From the NCBI GenBank assembly GCA_963817955.1, contig CAWFQK010000004.1:32001-96000 (forward strand): DNA of 64,000 nucleotides, written 5' to 3'. The notes below the pieces were generated by a model. It saw only the letters and a list, made by a program, of their open reading frames with translations. It had not been told where the DNA came from and made no database searches. The DNA comes from an uncultured Gemmatimonadaceae bacterium (lineage in GTDB: Bacteria; Gemmatimonadota; Gemmatimonadetes; Gemmatimonadales; Gemmatimonadaceae). Shown here piece by piece: positions 60,496-64,000 of this stretch; positions within the stretch are counted from its first letter, which is position 1, and the number at the start of each line of letters is the position of its first letter. Position numbers and translations under genes: made by a program.

Positions 60496-61576
60496 TCCGC
60501 GTTCGCTCCGCCTGGCGTCGCTCGCCGAGTCGCTCACCGCCGCGCACCTCGACGGGTTGCTCATTACCAGCCTGCCCAATATCCGGTATCTCACGGGATT
60601 CTCCGGCTCGAGCGCGCTGCTGTTCGTGAGCGGACGCGATGTCCTGTTCATCACCGATTTCCGCTACCAGACGCAGGTCGTCGATGAGCTCGGCGATATC
60701 GCGCGCGTGAGCATCGAGGCGCAGAGCCTGTGGACCGGCTTGTGGCAGCGGTTGGTGCAGCTCGGGCATCTGGAGGTGATAGGATTCGAGTCCGGTCATC
60801 TGCTGCATCGTGATTTTCAGCGGCTGCTCGAGGCGGGCGCGCGCTGGCAATGGCGTCCGACCGTCGATATCGTGGAGGCGTTGCGCGAGCGGAAGGATGC
60901 CGGCGAGCTGTCCCTCATCGAGGCGGCAAACGGCATCGCGGTGCGCGCGCTCGAACGCACGCTGACGCAGGTACGCGTTGGCATGTCCGAACTCGAAGTG
61001 GCGGGTGTGTTGGAGAAAGCGTTGCGCGACGAAGGAAGCGAGGGTTTTCCATTTCCTTCGATCGTAGCGTCCGGCCCCCGGTCGGCGCTGCCGCACGCGC
61101 GCTCGTCGGCGCGGCGGATCGAACGCGATGATTTTCTCCTGCTCGATTTTGGTGCTGAAACGGCGGGATATTGCGCAGACGTGACGCGTACGGTGGTCGT
61201 TGGGCGTGCCCAAGCGGAGCAGCGCGAGGTGTATGAGGTCGTGCGGCAAGCGAATGCAAATGCAGCCCATGGGGTGCGGGCTGGTATGAGCGGACGGGAT
61301 GCCGATGCCATCGCACGCGACTACATTGAGCACCGCGGGTTCGGAGACCTGTTTGGCCACAGCCTTGGCCACGGCCTCGGGTTGGAGGTGCATGAAGCGC
61401 CGCGGTTGGCGCGCACGGCCGACGCTGCACTCGTTGAAGGCGCGGTGGTGACAATCGAGCCGGGAATTTATCGACCGGGATGGGGTGGGGTACGCATCGA
61501 GGACGACGTTTTCCTCGGTCCAGATGGCCCGAAAATCCTCACGAGTTTCACACGCGAGCTGATCGAACTCGCGTGA
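60488..61576 (+). CDS. Xaa-Pro aminopeptidase (M24)
   Basis: YLTGFSGS, TDFRY, LPHA, DFG, GHGLGLEVHE, EPGIY, GVRIED. Confidence 0.92.
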   Translation: MSDPRSLRLASLAESLTAAHLDGLLITSLPNIRYLTGFSGSSALLFVSGRDVLFITDFRYQTQVVDELGDIARVSIEAQSLWTGLWQRLVQLGHLEVIGFESGHLLHRDFQRLLEAGARWQWRPTVDIVEALRERKDAGELSLIEAANGIAVRALERTLTQVRVGMSELEVAGVLEKALRDEGSEGFPFPSIVASGPRSALPHARSSARRIERDDFLLLDFGAETAGYCADVTRTVVVGRAQAEQREVYEVVRQANANAAHGVRAGMSGRDADAIARDYIEHRGFGDLFGHSLGHGLGLEVHEAPRLARTADAALVEGAVVTIEPGIYRPGWGGVRIEDDVFLGPDGPKILTSFTRELIELA

Positions 61577-61605
61577 GCCGGTCCGGTGCGACCCTTTAGA
61601 GGCCT

Positions 61606-62109
61606 ATGATCGACTTACGATACGTGAAGAAGCTCATTGAGATCATCGACGACTCCACGGTCGACTCAATTGAGATGACGTCGGACAAGGGGATCAAGAT
61701 CCGCATCTCCAAGAGTCCGCAGCAGCGCGGCGCGGTCCAGGTGGCGGCGCCGATGCCGTCGATGATTGCGTCACCGGCGCCGGTCGGACGGCTGTCTCCC
61801 GCCGGCGGGATACTGGCGGTCACCGATGACGAAGGGGCGCCGGCGGCCGAGGCGCCGAAGTCGTCCGCCTTGGAGGTGAAGTCGCCGATGGTCGGCACCT
61901 TCTATAAGTCGCCGGAACCCGGTGCCAAGGCCTACGTGTCGGTGGGCGATCGCGTGACGAAAGGCCAGATCGTCTGCATCATCGAGGCAATGAAGATCAT
62001 GAACGAGATCGAGTCCGAATACGCGGGCGTCGTGCGCGAGGTGCTGGTGCAGGACGCACAGCCAGTGGAGTACGGCCAAGTCTTGTTCAGGATCGATCCC
62101 AATGGCTAA
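61606..62109 (+). CDS. accB: Acetyl-CoA carboxylase biotin carboxyl carrier protein
   Basis: [23 protein letters not shown]. Confidence 0.96.
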   Translation: MIDLRYVKKLIEIIDDSTVDSIEMTSDKGIKIRISKSPQQRGAVQVAAPMPSMIASPAPVGRLSPAGGILAVTDDEGAPAAEAPKSSALEVKSPMVGTFYKSPEPGAKAYVSVGDRVTKGQIVCIIEAMKIMNEIESEYAGVVREVLVQDAQPVEYGQVLFRIDPNG

Positions 62110-63281
62110 TCCCCCTGCGGCGGCGGGCGAGCCGACGCCGTCCGTACCGGGTCCCTCCGGCGGCGTCAACTTCAAGTCCGTGCTTCAGGAGATGATCCAC
62201 CGCAATGGTTCGGATCTTCACCTCAAGGTCGGGCGTCCACCGACGATTCGTGTCGACGGTGAACTGGAGCCGCTCGCGCATGCGCCGCTACGTCCCGAAG
62301 ATCTGAAAGTGTTGGCCGAGCAGCTCATGACGCCGCGCCAGGTGAAGCAATTCGCTGACGAGAAGGAGTGTGACTTTGCCATTGGCGTGCCGGGGATTGG
62401 CCGTTTCCGGGTGAACGTCTATCAACAGCGCGGGTCGCTCTGCTATGCCCTGCGCGCCATTCCCTACCAGGCGCGCACGATCAGCGAACTCAACCTGCCG
62501 ACCGTGCTCGAGGAGATCGCGATGAAGCCGCGCGGATTGGTCCTCGTCACCGGGAGTAACGGGCTCGGGCAAATCGACGGCGCTCGCGGCGATGATTGCA
62601 GCATCATCAACGAGAAGCGTCGGGCCAACGTGATCACGATCGAGGACCCGATCGAGTTTCTGCATCGCGACATCAACTGCCACATCAACCAACGCGAAGT
62701 CGGTACCGACACGGCCACGTTCGGTCAGGCGCTCCGTCGCGTGCTCCGTCAGGATCCGGACGTCATCCTCATCGGCGAGATCCGCGATCTCGAGACGCTC
62801 GATACCGCGCTCAAGGCGGCGGATACCGGCCACCTCGTGTTCTCGACTCTGCACACCACGGACGCCACGCAGACGATCAACCGCGTGCTGTCCTTCTATC
62901 CGCCCCATCAGCAGGCCGAAGTCCGGTTCTCGCTCGCGAGCGCGCTCCAGGCCGTCGTGTCGTTGCGGCTCGTTCCGCGCTCGGACAAGGCGGGCCGCAT
63001 TCCGGCCTGCGAAGTGCTCATCAACACCGCTGCGGTGCGCGACAACATCCGCGACATGGAGAAGATGCTGGACATTCCCGACCTGATTCGCAGAGGGACC
63101 GTGCAATACGGGATGCAGAGCTTCGACCAGTCGCTCATGAACATTTTTCCCGCGGCGTCATCTCATACGAGAGCGCGGTGTTCTATGCGACGAGCCCCGC
63201 GAGTTCGCGTTGCGGGTGCAGGGTGTGGCGGGCACGAGCGATACGTCCTGGTCGGGGTTCGAAGGCGATTCAAGAGTGTAA
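62102..63281 (+). CDS. PilT/PilU-family type IV pilus retraction ATPase (indels)
   Basis: Manual translation: [70 protein letters not shown]. Confidence 0.9.
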
Positions 63282-64000
63282 TGTTCAAGAAAGTATTAAT
63301 CGCAAATCGCGGGGAAATCGCGCTGCGTGTCATTCGCGCCTGCCGCGAGCTCGGCGTCCAGACGGTCGCCGTGTATTCGGAAGCGGATCGCGAATCCCTG
63401 CACGTCCGCTTCGCGGACGACGACGTGTGCATCGGCCCGGCGCCGGCGCGCGAATCCTATCTCAACATTCCGCGGTTCATCGCCGCCGCCGAGATCACTG
63501 GCGCCGACGCCATTCATCCGGGCTACGGCTTTCTCGCCGAAAACGCCGAGTTCGCGGATATTTGCGCGGCGTCGGCGATCGCGTTCATCGGCCCCACCGG
63601 CGACCAGATTCGGGTGATGGGAGACAAGGCGGCGGCGCGGAAGGCGATGATCGCGGTCGGCGTGCCGGTGGTTCCCGGAACGCCGGGCGGCGTCGACGAC
63701 GTCGACGAAGCCCTCGAATTCGCCAAGACGATCGGCTTTCCCGTCATCATCAAGGCCGCCGCCGGCGGCGGGGGAAAGGGCATGCGCGTCGCCAAGGATG
63801 CCGATGATTTCGCGCGCTCTTTTCAGCTCGCGCGCTCCGAGGCCCTGTCGGCGTTCGGCAACGGCGAGGTGTACGTCGAGAAATACCTGGCGCGGCCGCG
63901 ACACATCGAATTCCAAATCCTCGGGGACAAGTTCGGTCACGTCATCCATCTCGGCGAACGCGACTGTTCGGTGCAGCGCCGTCACCAGAAGCTGATCGAG
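63281..64000 (+). CDS. accC: Biotin carboxylase (runs off the window end)
   Basis: [48 protein letters not shown]. Confidence 0.96.
   Translation, partial: MFKKVLIANRGEIALRVIRACRELGVQTVAVYSEADRESLHVRFADDDVCIGPAPARESYLNIPRFIAAAEITGADAIHPGYGFLAENAEFADICAASAIAFIGPTGDQIRVMGDKAAARKAMIAVGVPVVPGTPGGVDDVDEALEFAKTIGFPVIIKAAAGGGGKGMRVAKDADDFARSFQLARSEALSAFGNGEVYVEKYLARPRHIEFQILGDKFGHVIHLGERDCSVQRRHQKLIE

Overview
A GC-rich bacterial chromosomal window of core genes, almost all on the + strand. Gene content and order suggest Gemmatimonadota (inference). Order: amidase-pyrD-pyrF; a detached ribosomal alpha operon (rpmJ-rpsM-rpsK-rpsD-rpoA-rplQ) plus rpmB; a nucleotide-sugar cluster (gmd, rmd-like, wbpD/B/E/A-like, ugd, uxs) with carB embedded; bamD-nadD-secA; radC-relA/spoT; a reverse-strand GT-C-like membrane protein; uvrB-tsaE-tsaB-rimI-ssb; TsaP-like LysM protein; ccsA-like-hemA-galE-like; tolQRAB-pal-cpoB; lptD-like; hutH-hutU-radical SAM-hutI; TPR-polyprenyl synthase-DUF4321-tatC-tatA; a SurA/PpiD-like gene on the minus strand; TPR-aroQ-pepP-accB-pilT/U-accC (truncated). 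Many essential genes at 5.6-24.3 kb, 46-47 kb and 62-63 kb carry small indels, which I read as sequencing or consensus errors. No rRNA, tRNA, CRISPR or IS element was recognised. Best leads: (1) scars of a tatC relocation, namely a 21-codon TatC-derived mini-ORF with a hairpin coupled to lptD, and a decayed DUF4321 duplicate between tatC and tatA; (2) a radical SAM gene inside the hut operon; (3) a five-hairpin spacer between rpsD and rpoA; (4) type IV pilus-related genes woven into housekeeping operons.
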